This document shows positions 9,769-27,084 of a stretch of 64,000 nucleotides of DNA, in pieces. The stretch's first letter is position 1. The number at the start of each line of letters is the position of its first letter. Origin of the DNA: Macrostomum lignano (lineage: Eukaryota). Position numbers and translations under genes: made by a program. The DNA is taken from positions 1 through 64,000 of the forward strand of contig NIVC01003777.1 of assembly GCA_002269645.1 (NCBI GenBank), written 5' to 3'. Below the pieces are notes generated by a model that was not told the origin of the DNA, did not search any database, and was given only the letters and a program-made list of their open reading frames with translations.

Positions 9769-10390
9769 CTAACGGGGTAGAAAAACAAGGGGGTTGAAAA
9801 CTAGGCAGGGCTATAGCTAACGGGGTAGAAAAACAAAGGGGGCTGAAAACTAGGCAGGGCTATAGCTAACGGGGTAGAAAAACAAGGGGGGTTGAAAACT
9901 AGGCAGGGCTATATCTAACGGGGTAGAAAAACAAGGGGGTTGAAAACTAGGCAGGGCTATAGCTAACGGGGTAGAAAAACAGGGGGTTGAAAACTAGGCA
10001 GGGCTATATCTAACGGGGTAGAAAAACAAGGGGGTTGAAAACTAGGCAGGGCTATAGCTAACGGGGTAGAAAAACAGGGGGTTGAAAACTAGGCAGGGCT
10101 ATAGCTAACGGGGTAGAAAAACAAGGGGGTTGAAAACTAGGCAGGGCTATAGCTAACGGGGTAGAAAAACAAAGGGGGCTGAAAACTAGGCAGGGCTATA
10201 GCTAACGGGGTAGAAAAACAAAGGGGGCTGAAAACTAGGCAGGGCTATAGCTAACAGGGCAGAAAAACAAGGGGGTGTTGAAAAGTAGGCAGGGCTATAG
10301 CTAACGGGGTAGAAAAACAAGGGGGAGTGAAAACTAGGCAGGGCTATAGCTAACAGGGCAGAAAAACAAGGGGTGTTGAAAAGTAGGCTG
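9769..10390. repeat. ~48-bp tandem repeat, ~13 copies (probable subterminal repeat of the element)
   Basis: Unit CTAACGGGGTAGAAAAACAAGGGGGTTGAAAACTAGGCAGGGCTATAG with small variants. Confidence 0.93.
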
Positions 10391-10648
10391 GAGAGTTAGG
10401 GAGAGAACGATAAAGCTGACAGAGGGGGTTGGAAGAGAGGTGCCGTGCAGAAATATAATACGAGTACAAACGTAATTGTACGAAAGTGCATGGACCTGAT
10501 AGATCGATATAAGCGAAATTCAGCAAATGAATTAATTCTCTTAGTAAACAGCATTGAGAGTCTGACCTACCTTTTATACTAAGAGGTATCTCGGCGCATC
10601 TTTGAACGCTCACATTCAGTCAACTTCCAATTTCCGATTTCCCATCAG

Positions 10649-11153
10649 GATTCTGCGCTCTTCATCTCACAGTCTCCAAATACAGCACGGCCTGCAGCAC
10701 CAACAGAACTCGCGCAACTCTCGAGTAGCAACAGCCATTGTGCTCTGCTTGGCGGTCACTTTCTACCTGTTCGAGTCACCAGGAGCCGTGGCCATCATGT
10801 GCGACTGGCCCGGGGTGGGGTCGCGCATCGACTGGTTCTACTGCCTCAACGACATCCTGGTGTCGCTGGACAGCGCCAGTAACTTTCTCATCTTCGTCTG
10901 CTTGAGTCGCAGCTTCCGATGCACCGCCCGCACCGCCCTGCTTGGTTGGTGCCGAGGCGGTGGAAGTGGAGGCCGCGCCGGAAACGGATGCGGCGGCGGT
11001 GGGCGTTTCGGAACCGCTCAGCTTCAAAATGGAATCCGTCGCGGCAAAGACGACGTCGCCATCGACCTGGAAGAGCGTCGGCGATTCGTCACCGATGGCC
11101 GACTGGTTGGACGGGGCGGCAGCGAGTCCTGCCTGTGCGACGTCAACGTCTGA
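10649..11153 (+). CDS. Terminal exon (TM6-TM7-tail) of a rhodopsin-class peptide GPCR
   Basis: Pyrimidine tract plus CAG acceptor at 10646-10648; VATAIVLCLAVTFYLFESP (TM6) and DSASNFLIFVCLSRSFR (TM7/helix 8). Upstream exons not found in window. Confidence 0.75.
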
Positions 11154-12292
11154 CTGAAGGGAGACCCAGGCCGAATGCTTGACGATGTAGATAGGGCAGT
11201 AACTCCATAGCTACATGTAGTTTGCTTGTGTTTTTCTTCTTCAGCCGAACTGCGCACACAGACACATCTAATCGAACTAATTATGGGGGGCTTACAATGT
11301 CGGTCATCAGAATGTTAACCCAATTGGATAATCATTAAGCACATTTCATAATCAATAGCTGTCAGATTTTGTACTCGATTCGATCTAGCCTAGCTCGAAT
11401 TCGTCAGGTAGGCGTCGTCATTCACCTGTAAATATGTTTTTGCCCCACATAATTTGTGGGTTGTTGTGCACGCGAGCACTACAAATAATTAATATAAAAT
11501 GCACCAAAACTCTCATTCAGTGGGGAAGATGTTATTAACTCAGAATGGGCTATACTGAAAAGCTTACGGAAACTCGGCTCTTGCCCTGTTATTCAAGGCA
11601 GGTGCGAACTCGGAACTCGAACTACCGTTGTGCCGCATTGAAAGTCGTGCAGTCCTAATGCAAACACGAACCCCCCGCTTGTTCACCCCCACCCTCTGTG
11701 CACCTTTAGATGGGGAATGGGCTAAATTATTAACTACAAGCTGCAAAGGTGTCGCACATTTGAGCATGCAATAAATCACTATAGCCGAATTTTATCGCAC
11801 GACATTTCTGAGTTCGACAGCAGCAACCCGAGAAATACTGCGGAATGCTGCGCAGAGGCGGTGGGCAAGTGACTGATAGCAATAAATGAACAATTCTACT
11901 CTAAGGAGAATTAGAATGAGTAATGATAAGACATTTAGCATAGGTATACTGACTGCATTCATTTACTCACTTTGAAATGAATAGCAACTTAAACACACAT
12001 TAAAAATTTTAATTTATCAATTTTAATTCACTCAATCAAAGATCAGTGACAAAAACGCAGCAATTTTCAGGTGTATTTATCATTTAGAGGCCTTGATTAC
12101 CACGGAAAAATAGCTGGCATAGGCCAAGTGAAACGGGTGGCTCAAAACTGGATTAAACACGCTGTAAAGAGATTAAAATATCTGACCGGAGTACGCAGTG
12201 ATGCAGGACTGAAATCCGTGACGTTCTACCTTGCCTTAAAGGAACACAAAAGCAATGAGAAAAACAATTTTAACACGCTTTTTATTTGAGGC

Positions 12293-12500
12293 AGGGGCTG
12301 TGTGCACCCTGGCGCACTTTAAGCGACATTGTCACACAACCGGCGAGAGGCATTACTGCCCATTCCGCCGACTCCCCAGAGCAGGCACACAAGCGCGCGG
12401 ATACGTACGCAGTCATACGCGTACGTACTCCCACAGGAGGCACACACTCACACAGGTGTACAGCGGCCCTAACTTTTTTATCGTTAGGCATGTACACTTT
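12293..12500 (+). repeat. ~200-bp interspersed repeat with a 3' hairpin (CCTAAC...GTTAGG)
   Basis: Near-identical reverse copies at ~52495-52678 and, partial, ~24287-24397. Class not determined. Confidence 0.8.
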
Positions 12501-12689
12501 ACTGTGCCTTGGGGGTTGGCCCGATCAAGGCCATTAATTGCACGACCAGAGCCAAACGGAGATCCCAATTTAGCCCCAAATGAATGTGACTGCACTTGGA
12601 ATCGAGCCTGTGCCGCCAGCACATCAGAGCGCCGCACTAACAGTTGCTTACTGAAAATTATCGCGTGAGAAGCAGAAATTTTAATTACA

Positions 12690-12850
12690 AGTAGTATATC
12701 TTATGCAGTAGTATATCTTATGCAGTAGTATATCTTATGCAGTAGTATATCTTATGCAGTAGTATATCTTATGCAGTAGTATATCTTATGCAGTAGTATA
12801 TCTTATGCAGTAGTATATCTTATGCAGTAGTATATCTTATGCAGTAGTAT
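12690..12850. repeat. 17-bp minisatellite (AGTAGTATATCTTATGC)n, ~9.5 copies
   Basis: Direct inspection. Confidence 0.95.
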
Positions 12851-13130
12851 AAAAAGCGAATAAAACGGGACACAATTGAAAAGCATGCACTAGAAGAGAT
12901 CACACAAACAAGGCAGGGCAACTGCAGCAATGTTATTGCATAGCCACAGCTGTCTGCTGAAGACTAGATTATAGTAATAATAAAGCTTTGCAACAATTTT
13001 AATGCCGCTTGAAACTGCAACAATATAAAAAGCTGACATAAATAACAGGCAACAATAAAACGCAGGAAAGTTCTATAAAAATGACGTGACTGTTGTTATA
13101 AAATATATATTTGTGTCTAAGACGGGCCGG

Positions 13131-14187
<1,057 letters not shown>

Positions 14188-14305
14188 GACAGAGAAGCAG
14201 AGACTGAAGTTAAGAAGCCCAAAGCTGAATAATCACAATACAACAGTCTACTACAATCGTCATGCTCTCTCCCCGCTCCAGCCAAGACTCCGGTCTTGCC
14301 CGAAC

Positions 14306-17445
<3,140 letters not shown>

Positions 17446-18554
17446 ATCTAATCTTTTTTTCCAAAATCTGGTAACCGAAGTTTGAAATCAGGTAATTCAA
17501 TTAGCAGACCAGCCAATTTAACTGTGATATCCAGAAGGATTCTCAGGATACTAGCATACAAGGCATATGGCTAACCTAATTATAGACAAACGGGTTACTT
17601 CTAAACAACATTATAATAAGTAATGTTTATGCTATGTAAACCATATAGCTTGGCCGAATTATTTTTAATACAGAATACAACACCTTCAACTAGCAGGAAT
17701 TATTATAGCGCTTTGCACTATAATAAACCATTTATACAGCCTAGCTAAACAGAAAGTTAATCGCAACAATTACAACAGGTAAATTGACTATCTAGCAAAC
17801 CAATGGGCCGCTACTAAAACTTTTATTTAATCTCGATAACGAAGGGCATCTCTTAGATTTGAATTCGCAAAAGCCGAAGATTCCAAGTCTAATAATAGAT
17901 TAAGCGCAGTTTTCAATTGCCAACAAAAGAAAATGCCGGGTTTTACTATTCTCCTCTAAACAAATAATGTCTTAAAAATACTACTGATGAGACAGATTCA
18001 AGTAGTGCAAACCGAATCTGCATGCACTTCTTTATCCGGCCTATGGTGATAAAATTGAATAAAACAGAGCTAAAATGAAATTATGAAAGTTCAATTGTGC
18101 ATTAATAAGCTTTCCGATTCAATTGCTTTAGTTTTGAGGGCATACTGATAATAACTTTCCAATTTAGAATTTTAAACTACCGAGAAAGAAGTGAATTGAA
18201 AAAAACTTGTACGAGAAGGGCAAGAGGAGAAAGACAACAGCAGAGCGTCAAAGATTTTAATATAAAAAACGGCTACATAATGCACACGAAATTACCAATT
18301 TATGCATTTTATGAATCTACATATCTAAAATTAAAACACAAATAATTACCTAAAAAAGCATTCCTATACTACTCACGCTAATCCTAGACATGCTAATCAA
18401 AGTAGATTAAAGTCTGTTTGCCATTGTCATTTCGCACTATCGACTGAGCCTACGATAGTGCGATTAAATCATAATTTAATAAAATCGAATGACATTCAGA
18501 GAAACCTAAAGCAAATTGAAATCGTTGTAAGCGAAGAAATGAGAGCCTAACTAA

Positions 18555-18589
18555 GTCTGTCTGTCTGTCTGTCTGCCTGTCTGTCTAGC

Positions 18590-18654
<65 letters not shown>

Positions 18655-18682
18655 GAATGCCTACCTGTCTACCTGTCTGTCT
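18555..18682. repeat. (GTCT)n microsatellite
   Basis: Direct inspection. Confidence 0.95.
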
Positions 18683-18890
18683 TCAATTGAATCAGCGCTA
18701 CATCCTAAATGTCCCGCTACTAAACTGAAGCAGATGAACAAAATCCAATCAACAGGAGAGAATGAGACGATGTCGCTGGGGGGTGCAGCATTTCGTAATA
18801 ACAAAAATTTGCTCATAGTGGACCGATTCGTGTAAATAAAAAATATCAGTCAAATGAGAAGTCCTGCTGCTAAGCTTCAATTATCGCAGT

Positions 18891-20167
18891 CTAAGCGGCC
18901 TTGGCAACCGTGACAGTGTAACCAAAGTTAGCCTTAAGCTGCTCCAGGAACACGAAGGTGAGCACCGTGTGCGGAGCCAGACGCACAAACGCCGGCACGA
19001 TGCCTTTGAAGAAGCCGAAGAACAGGAAACCGGAGGCGTAGATGTCGGCGGCACAGGCGGAGAGACCCGTGTAGGCGCCCGGCTTGGCGTTCATTAGGCG
19101 AGTCTTCATCACGTCGAACGGCTGCGTGACCAGGGTGGCTGTGCCGCCCGCCCCGAAGCTCGCAGTGAAGTGCGTCAACGGGTCGTCGCCGAACAAGCCG
19201 GTGGACATCAGGGCGCCCTTGAATAGGTCGTAGAAGGCCAGCTGGCCGAAGGTGACCAGGGCGGCTCGTGTGGACGTCATTGAGACTCCGTTCATAACTT
19301 TGACGGCGCCCTCATTGCGGCACACCTGCAATGGTCATGGGGTGCTCATAGACTGGTCATAGGGTGGGGCTGCCGATGCTCACAGAATGGTCATGGGGTG
19401 GAGCTGCAGCTGCTCATAGACTGGTCATGGGGTGGGGCTGCCGCTGCTCATAGACTGTTCAGGGTGGGGCTGTCGCTGCTCATAGACTGTTCAGGGTGGG
19501 CTGTCGCTGCTCATAGACTGTTCAGGGTGGGCTGTCGCTGCTCATAGACTGGTCATAGGTGGGGCTGCCACAGATCATAGCATTGGTCACGGGACCCGAT
19601 AACACATGGTAGTACTGCCCTGCTCAAGAGTACATGCACTTTTAAATCCCATGCACGCAAATAAACAATTGCACAAAAGCAAAATTGGCAATATCAGGTG
19701 ACTCCGCCCACCTGGTAGAGCCCGTCAAACACGTGACGATAATTCCTCCGCTGATCCAGCGGCAGTTTGACATCGTTCTGCATGCGCACGTTCACCATGT
19801 CGGCCGGGTTGCCAACCACGCCGCCAACGAAGCCGCCAATTAGGGCGACGCCGGCAGACTCGGCGAACGACATCTTGGCCTGGCCTTTTCTGCTCTTGTA
19901 GGTCTCGTAGATGGCAAATCGGGTCATGGAGTACGTCAGCTGGCGCATGATGGAAGCAGAAAGGCCATTGTACAGTCCCATAATGCCATCCCGCTTCAGC
20001 ACAACGACACCCATGCGAACCAGCCCAATGTCTGCCTTCTGCTGCGTCTGCAGATGCACCTTCAGCAGGTCCAACGGATGGGTGCAGGCTGCGGCCATGG
20101 CGCTGGCGACTCCACCAAAGTACCAATAGCCCATGTGCTTCACTTCTGGCTGCTTGTTGGATGCCAT
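18891..20167 (-). CDS. SLC25A10: Mitochondrial dicarboxylate carrier (SLC25A10/DIC-like), 296 aa, 2 exons
   Basis: Exons 20167-19712 and 19325-18891 (GT-AG, phase 0). Three carrier signatures PLDLLK, PADMVNVR and PFDVMKTR; DIC-typical RQLTYSMTRF, VRMQND and RLAPHTVLTFVFLEQL. Confidence 0.9.
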
Positions 20168-22032
20168 CTTGATGCTGTAAGTCATAGAAATAGAGCTTGA
20201 CTATGAGATTACCAACTGACTCTCTGGGTAAGATTGTGAGATATTAACTAATTCTCTAGGTGACACCAACTATGAGACTATAATTCTTGACCTAGTTAAA
20301 TAAATTTATAATAAAAATATTGAAGAGTATTGTTCATATATTTGAGATAATTATAAATAGTTATTATTTTTTATGCCAACCTTATTTAAATTTTAAAAGA
20401 AATACTTATTTTTAGAAATTTCAAGTCAATAAAATTTATATTATTATTTGTTTTTAATTATATTTTTAATAGTATTACTACATTTTTCTATCAATATATT
20501 ATCATTTTTATCATAACAATTTCTAATAATCAGGTAGCTATTATATATTATTAAATAATTTTAAAATTAAGCTTAAAATAGGAAAATTAAAAATTATAAT
20601 ACTTAACTATAATAAGCATAAGGTCAAAACAATTTTAGTAGACCTAATAAAACTTTTGCATTTCTATGACTATAAACATAGAACTAGGTCACTAGGGCCA
20701 AGGGCCTGCTGCCTATAATGAGAAACTAGGCTTTTTTGAAGGGCACCACTTTAAAATAATAAACTTAAGAAATAGTAATACAACTAGGCCCAATTTTCTT
20801 TATAACAAAACAAGATAAAACTAGATTTTTAGGGAGAGTAGGCACTTTGCATCTTACTTAGTAACATACCATGTGCCACTAACTATGCTCTCCTACTGTA
20901 CTGGAAAATTGACTTAACTTTGAGAAAATACCTACTGCCAAAGCAGCCAAACCTAGGATAATAGCATAGGTCTATGCTATTGTAATTGTACTAGATGTCG
21001 CAGCTGAAAAATGCGCTTGAGGTTAAGGATAAGCCTTTAGTAGCTGACTATAGCCTATGCTATGACTATGTGCAGCATGCGCCCATATTGAATTGAGATT
21101 CTATTCCTAATTCCCATGTAAAACAGAAGCAGTGCTTATGTCATTGCCAGAAAATGTGTATAGCCTTTAAGCACAAATTGATAATAAAAAAATTCAATTA
21201 AGTTTACATAAGTTTCCTCTATTTTTAAAAAGAACTTAATGTCATCTTATTTGTTTTTTAACCTCAATTTGTTACCTAAATATTATATTAAATCGTTCAT
21301 CTTGAATCGTTGCAAAAAACGAAATTAAATAATCTCTTGTAGCAGATTCTTTTAAACATACTAAATCGGAGTTAATAAATTTCTGATGCAAAACAGTCGT
21401 TAAAGCATAAGAAACTATTTATTTATTTAAAAAACTGACTGATTTTGTTTTACTTTGCTGCGCCATGCAAACTTTCGCATTTCGGCAAATGTCCCAGGCT
21501 TAAATACCTTTGAAGGCGCATATTGGTGCAGAGTAGGATTGATTATTGAGAGCTGTTTAACTTAAAATCACCAGCCTTTCATCATCATGCAATTTTAATT
21601 TGCAAAGAGGCTCGTGATCAATAACATTTATATTTTGAAACTTTTTTTCAGGATGATATCAGAGTTTTTCTAAAAAGCAAGTTTGCAAATATTGTAGCTT
21701 TTCGCTAGCTCGAAGATGTTCAAGACAATTTAAATTTTTTTAAGCACTTTAGGTTTTTATTGCAATTTTATTTTATTTCGATTTTTTTACTCTCAAGTAG
21801 AGCAGACAATACATATTTGTGTCATATCATTTCAATACAATAACAGCAGTCAGCAGATGATTTGAACCAACAGTACATGTACGTATACATGCTTCTGTTC
21901 ATGCAAACAGCAAACTTTGACAAATTTATCCGTCAATCTAGCAACAGATATCAATGTAACAAAGATAAGAATAAATTTGCTAGTCATACGAGCTAGTATC
22001 TACTTGAAGCTAGTATTACTCGTAAGTCTCAA

Positions 22033-23613
22033 TCAGAACGTGGCGGCAGTCCACTTCTCAGCTAGGTCAACAGGGCGCGCTTTGAACACAGCGTCCCGAA
22101 GTCGTTCAATCGGTGGCGAGCCATGAGGCAAACGACCCAAAGCAAAGATGCTGAGCTTCATCTTGGGCCGGGATGCCCTACCATAGGCATCCTGGATGAG
22201 AAACTCACCGGGCGAAAAGTCGAATCGGGCTAGTTTGTGCGGCGACGAGTCTAGCATCGACCAGCCGGGCGAGTCGCGCCAATCGGGAAAGTTCATGAAG
22301 AACCAGCTGGGGGTCCCGCGGTCCAGGCAGTCAGTGACTCGACGAGCTGCCTCCTCGAGGACGCTCTCGATAAATGGTGGGTTTACGGACCAGCCTCCCG
22401 TGCGCCTGGAGACGTTCAGCAGTTGCATATTGAAATGGCACCGGATCCTCCCAGATCCTCAGACTAGATTTAGATTATCTGCAGCCCCCTACTCCAGACT
22501 GTACTGTCACCCTTTCAACTCCTCACTAAATCCTTGAAATTCACCTGGTCAGATCAATGTTGAAAAAGTTTCCTAAACTGCCAAACACAGAGTCTGTGTC
22601 GGGGAACAGCGAACAGAATCCGGCCTCGTCCAGTCCAAGGAATCGAGAATTCAATGGCGACGAGAAGCCTTCATAGCGGGCGCCGAAGTCGCGGTAGTAG
22701 ACCCGGTGCACGCTGAGTGGGTCGCCCCACTGATAGCTTCCGCTGCCAAGAGACTCGTAGCGCAGCAGCATGCGGGCCGTGGCGGCCAGGCCGAACCGCT
22801 GAGCCAGGTAAGGCAGGCGTCGGGAAGCGGACGATTGAAACTCATGGCCAACCCGGATGCAGCCTCGATCCTCGTCGAGCATGCGCAGCTCGATAGCCGG
22901 CTGTTCGAGGAACTTTTCCGAGTCGTGGCAGCTCCGACGGAAACGTTCGACCTCGGCCAGCATGCCGATGGCCAAATTGGTGGCCGAGCGACGCAGTCGA
23001 CAAAATCCTTTATCGTAGGCGTCGGAAGCCAGCAGCTTTGTCTGACGAAAAAGGAGAAAATTTGGTCTTCAACTCAGTCATAGACGTACAAAGACAACAT
23101 CAACATGCCAGTTGCTTATCACAGGTGTACAGAAAGCAGGTAAGGCCAATATAAAATCAGAAATATAGTATGAGTCACGTCATACGCATGAAATGTTGAT
23201 ATACGGTATGATTATTGAGGCCTGAATAAATCAGCCGGAGGATCTGAGAGTGTGCCAGGCAATCAGACATCCAACTAAAATACGAGGTAATGTCGCAGCT
23301 TCACCTTCTGATCATCCGACCGCATGCCAATTGGGAACAGCGGCAGCTGCTTATCCATCTTGGTGCTGCATCCTCCGTCGCTAACCGCATCAGCTTGCTG
23401 CAAGCTAAGGATCCATCGCTCAACAATATTTGTAGCCTCGCGGAGGCCGCTTCCGACGCCACGGCCACCGCCTCGCCTACTATTGGGATTTCTCTCCTCG
23501 GAAAGTTGTAGAAATTTCTGCACCAAAGTGTCGCAGAATTGCTTTTGCCGGTACTCGATGGCCAGGCCATTGTCAACTGATTTTTCGCTGTCAGATTTAG
23601 TGATAGAATTCAT
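22033..23613 (-). CDS. PCIF1/CAPAM-like cap adenosine N6-methyltransferase, ~392 aa, 3 exons
   Basis: Exons 23613-23305, 23041-22545 and 22405-22033 with compatible phases. Motifs VERWILS..PLFP, LLRYESL, GFSSPLN, FCSLFPDTDSVFGSLGNF and catalytic NPPF. Confidence 0.8.
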
Positions 23614-26464
23614 TCTGCTGTTATACGTTCAGTCTAAGCTAAACGTTAGAAGTTCAATAGAAGCTTGGAATGGTGTTTTTTGTTATCGATCGACGCGATT
23701 CGCAAATTACCAAGATAGTCAATAAGCTGCTTTAAATTGTCTGTGGCACGACCAGATTGTGTTTTCTAGCGGTCAAATTTAGCTGTTGGTGTCGCGGATT
23801 GTCCTTCTTTGTCTATGGTCGAGTCTCAAACCCCGCCAACGGAGGCAAACTATCCATGAAGATGGGGGTCTAGCGCGGCGCTCTTATAGTGACCACTAGG
23901 GCTCCTCGATTCCATGTGCAGTCAAATTAATTTGGGGTTGTCGCGACTTCCTTAAGTCATTGCTTATTTCACTTTCACTCGTCTCTGTTTACTATGTTTT
24001 CTTTCCCTCTGTCTAGTTCAATCTTGATATTATTATCTCTCTCTCCCTCGCTGCCTTCTGATTGGCTCTCCATTCTCGCCTCTTTCCTCAGTCGCAGAGT
24101 CCACCCTTCCTCTTATCTAATTGCAATCACCCCCCTAATAAATGCCTTTAGAATACTGATTCGGGCCCGGCGCCGCCCTTCACTGTCTGCTAATGTAATG
24201 TTTGGGCTAAATTGGAATCTCGGCTTGGCTCTGCTCGTGCAATTAATTAACCGCCTTGATCAGGCAACCCCCCCATGAGACAGTAAATTGTACAGGCCTA
24301 GCGATAAATAAAGTTAGGGCCACTGTACACTCCTGTGTGAGTGTGCCTGTGCGTAAGACTGCGTACGTATCCGCGCGCTTGTGTGCCTGCTCTGGGGCCC
24401 GATTTAAGAGCAAGGGAGTAAGGAGTTAGAAGTCAGGAGTGGTCCTAGCAAAGAGTAAATCGATTTTGTGTGCTATAGAGTTCAAGAATCAAGAGTTAGG
24501 AGCTAGGAGTTGTTCCAGGGATAGGAGTGAGGACTTCTAAGGAGTGTAAGGTGTCAAGGTGATTTGCTAAGGAGTCTGCCAATCTGTGTGCTATATTTAA
24601 CTCCTAAATGTATGCACCTTTAGGAGTAATTCTAGGAATTAAATAACAAGTTAAAATAAGTTTTATTACCCTGTGAAAAGCGGCTATGAGCGCGTAAAGC
24701 AATAAAACCATTTTAGGCTAACAAGCCTGCCATTTAATTGGTGGAGGGAGCGCATTTAATTTGTTGATAGACTAAAATAAATAAAAAATGGTTTAACTGC
24801 TATAGTAATTAATTGCTCTCATTTGATAAACAACTAACACTCGTATAAGAAATATCGCAAAAGAAGGGTGCTATCAGAGACCATAAAATTGGTCATTTTT
24901 GTTATTCAGCAAACGTGCCCGTTTTCACTTTTCAGCACAGACATTGCGAAATCCAAGATTTGTGATGTTTTAAGATGCAACATATCTTTGTTGAAATTGG
25001 CGTTGATTCTCATTGAGCGGAAATCATGACACAGTACGAATCAGTGATGACCCACTTTTTGATTTTCGAAAAAGCTTGTCCTTTGCTTAAATTGCCTGGG
25101 TCGCCGATCGTTGGCTCCATCATCGTCTGAGCCTAGGTATTTTTGCTAACAAGAAACTGACAAGTGAGTTCTGAATTGGAGTGTGATGTACGGACTGGTG
25201 TATTAGACGTGCTTTGATTGTGATGTAACCTGGGGAATGATAGCTTACAGTTAGAGCTATGGCCCGAGGTACTGATACCAGGGTAGAAGGGGATCAGACC
25301 TCACCCTCCCAGGCCCTAGAAGGAGAACTGCAGTAGCTTGGTTTGTGATACTATGGCAAGGTCTGTTCTAATCCCAACTACGGCCAAGGAGTTTTGAAGG
25401 TATGGACTGCTTAAAGTACATCATGTAATTCTGCCACCGCAATTATGCTAAGCATCTAATGGTGTCCTGACAGTGATGATTATGAGGTCTTTTGCATAGG
25501 GGGGCTTCTGATCTGTGCAAGGTCGAGCGAGCCTTTGATTTTAGCTGGGTTTGAGATAGAGGGAGAGTTCCAATGAACAATGATTTGACTCCCGTCTGGC
25601 AAACGGCAGCGCTGCGATCGGAAACAATGAGGAATTGGCTTCTATTGCTTTAGGCTCTGTGCACAGGTTTTAGAATAATAATTACATTAGTCTGCGAGTA
25701 CCACTAAATGCATACAGTTGCACGTACATTATTACACCTGAAATCTCCTTACGATCTGTCAACAGCTTCAGTTTTGTATCCATGCAGCCGTAAGTCTCGC
25801 TTCCAGTTGGCATTGGCATCACTGATCGATTCAGCGGTATCTGCCGAAAGAGGGCGCCCTCTACTGAGATTGACATTGACAGGCTGAGTTGAAAATAAAC
25901 AAACTAGCCAATTGTTTTGAACAATTCTGATTCTTCACTTTGTTGTTAGATATTGTAGTGTTGCTCCTCCTGTTAATTTTAGAGCGTCAAATTACCGGTC
26001 ATTAAATGTGTTAAGTGACGTTTTGAACAATGCTAGCCAATAATATGAAGTATAGCATAGTACCAATAAGGCCGAAAAGCTTTCAAAGTGAATTTCTCAA
26101 ATTTTCTTGGAAAACTATTTCGATTTTAAAAGCAATTTTCAATAAAAATGCATCATGAATTTCAGTTCATTCAGTTGTAAACTTTATTTTGCATACAAAC
26201 AGATGATACACACAGATGTAGTCTCACCCAGCTAAAGCATTCTAATGATTAATTAATAACATTAAAAATAACAATCATTTATTCAACTACAAAATACAAA
26301 ATTTAAGCGCTTACAAGGACAAAAGAGACGCCATCCAGTGTAACACTAGCATTTCGTAGAAATTAAGTTAGTGCGCATTTTATATCAACGCGAGTACACG
26401 GTCACAATAACTGCAATCTATTCACAATACAATATCAAGTAATGCTTGGGCATCAGGAAGTCCT

Positions 26465-27000
26465 CTGGGGGAACTTCCGGCCTCTGAGGGGCATAAACGG
26501 TAGTTTCTTCAGGCTTCTGAGGGAAGAGGTGGCCTCTTCAGGCTTCTGAGGGAACCGGTAAGGGTGTCCTCTTCAGGCTTCTGAGGGAACAGGTAGCCTC
26601 TTCAGGCTTCTGAGGGAACAGGTGGCCTCTTCAGGCTTCTGAGGGAACAGGTAGCCTCTTCAGGCCTCTGAGGGGCATAAACGGTAGTTTCTTCAGGCTT
26701 CTGAGGGAACCGGTAAGGGTGTCCTCTTCAGGCTTCTGAGGGAACAGGTAGCCTCTTCAGGCTTCTGAGGGAACAGGTGGCCTCTTCAGGCTTCTGAGGG
26801 AACAGGTAGCCTCTTCAGGCTTCTGAGGGGCATAAACGGTAGTTTCTTCAGGCTTCTGAGGGAACCGGGTGAGGGTGTCCTCTTCAGGCTTCTGAGGGGC
26901 ATAAACGGTAGTTTCTTCAGGCTTCTGAGGGAACCGGGTGAGGGTGTCCTATTCAGGCTTCTGAGGGAACAGGTGGCCTCTTCAGGCTTCTGAGGGAACA
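26465..27000. repeat. Compound minisatellite built on CTTCAGGCTTCTGAGGG with several alternating linkers
   Basis: About 16 units of ~29-36 bp with a higher-order pattern. Confidence 0.9.
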
Positions 27001-27084
27001 AGCAGTCTAAGGAAGCAGAGTGGAATATTTCACCTTCTGGGGGATATATTGAAATTAGGCGCTTAAATAGAATAAACATAAATA

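Larger units (their letters stand above)
1..10580. mobile_element. Endogenous Polinton/Maverick (adintovirus-like) element, right-hand part; left part outside window
   Basis: Co-located pPolB, rve integrase, pX-like and PLA2 genes, intronless with very short AT-rich intergenic gaps, followed by subterminal tandem arrays. The right end is approximate (candidate ...TTATACT at 10580). No capsid, ATPase or protease gene is visible in the window. Confidence 0.9.

Noticed and set aside
12690-12850. AGTAGT repeats as the Polinton terminus
   Set aside because: They lie beyond the GPCR exon, in the wrong orientation for a right end, and form a simple 17-bp minisatellite.
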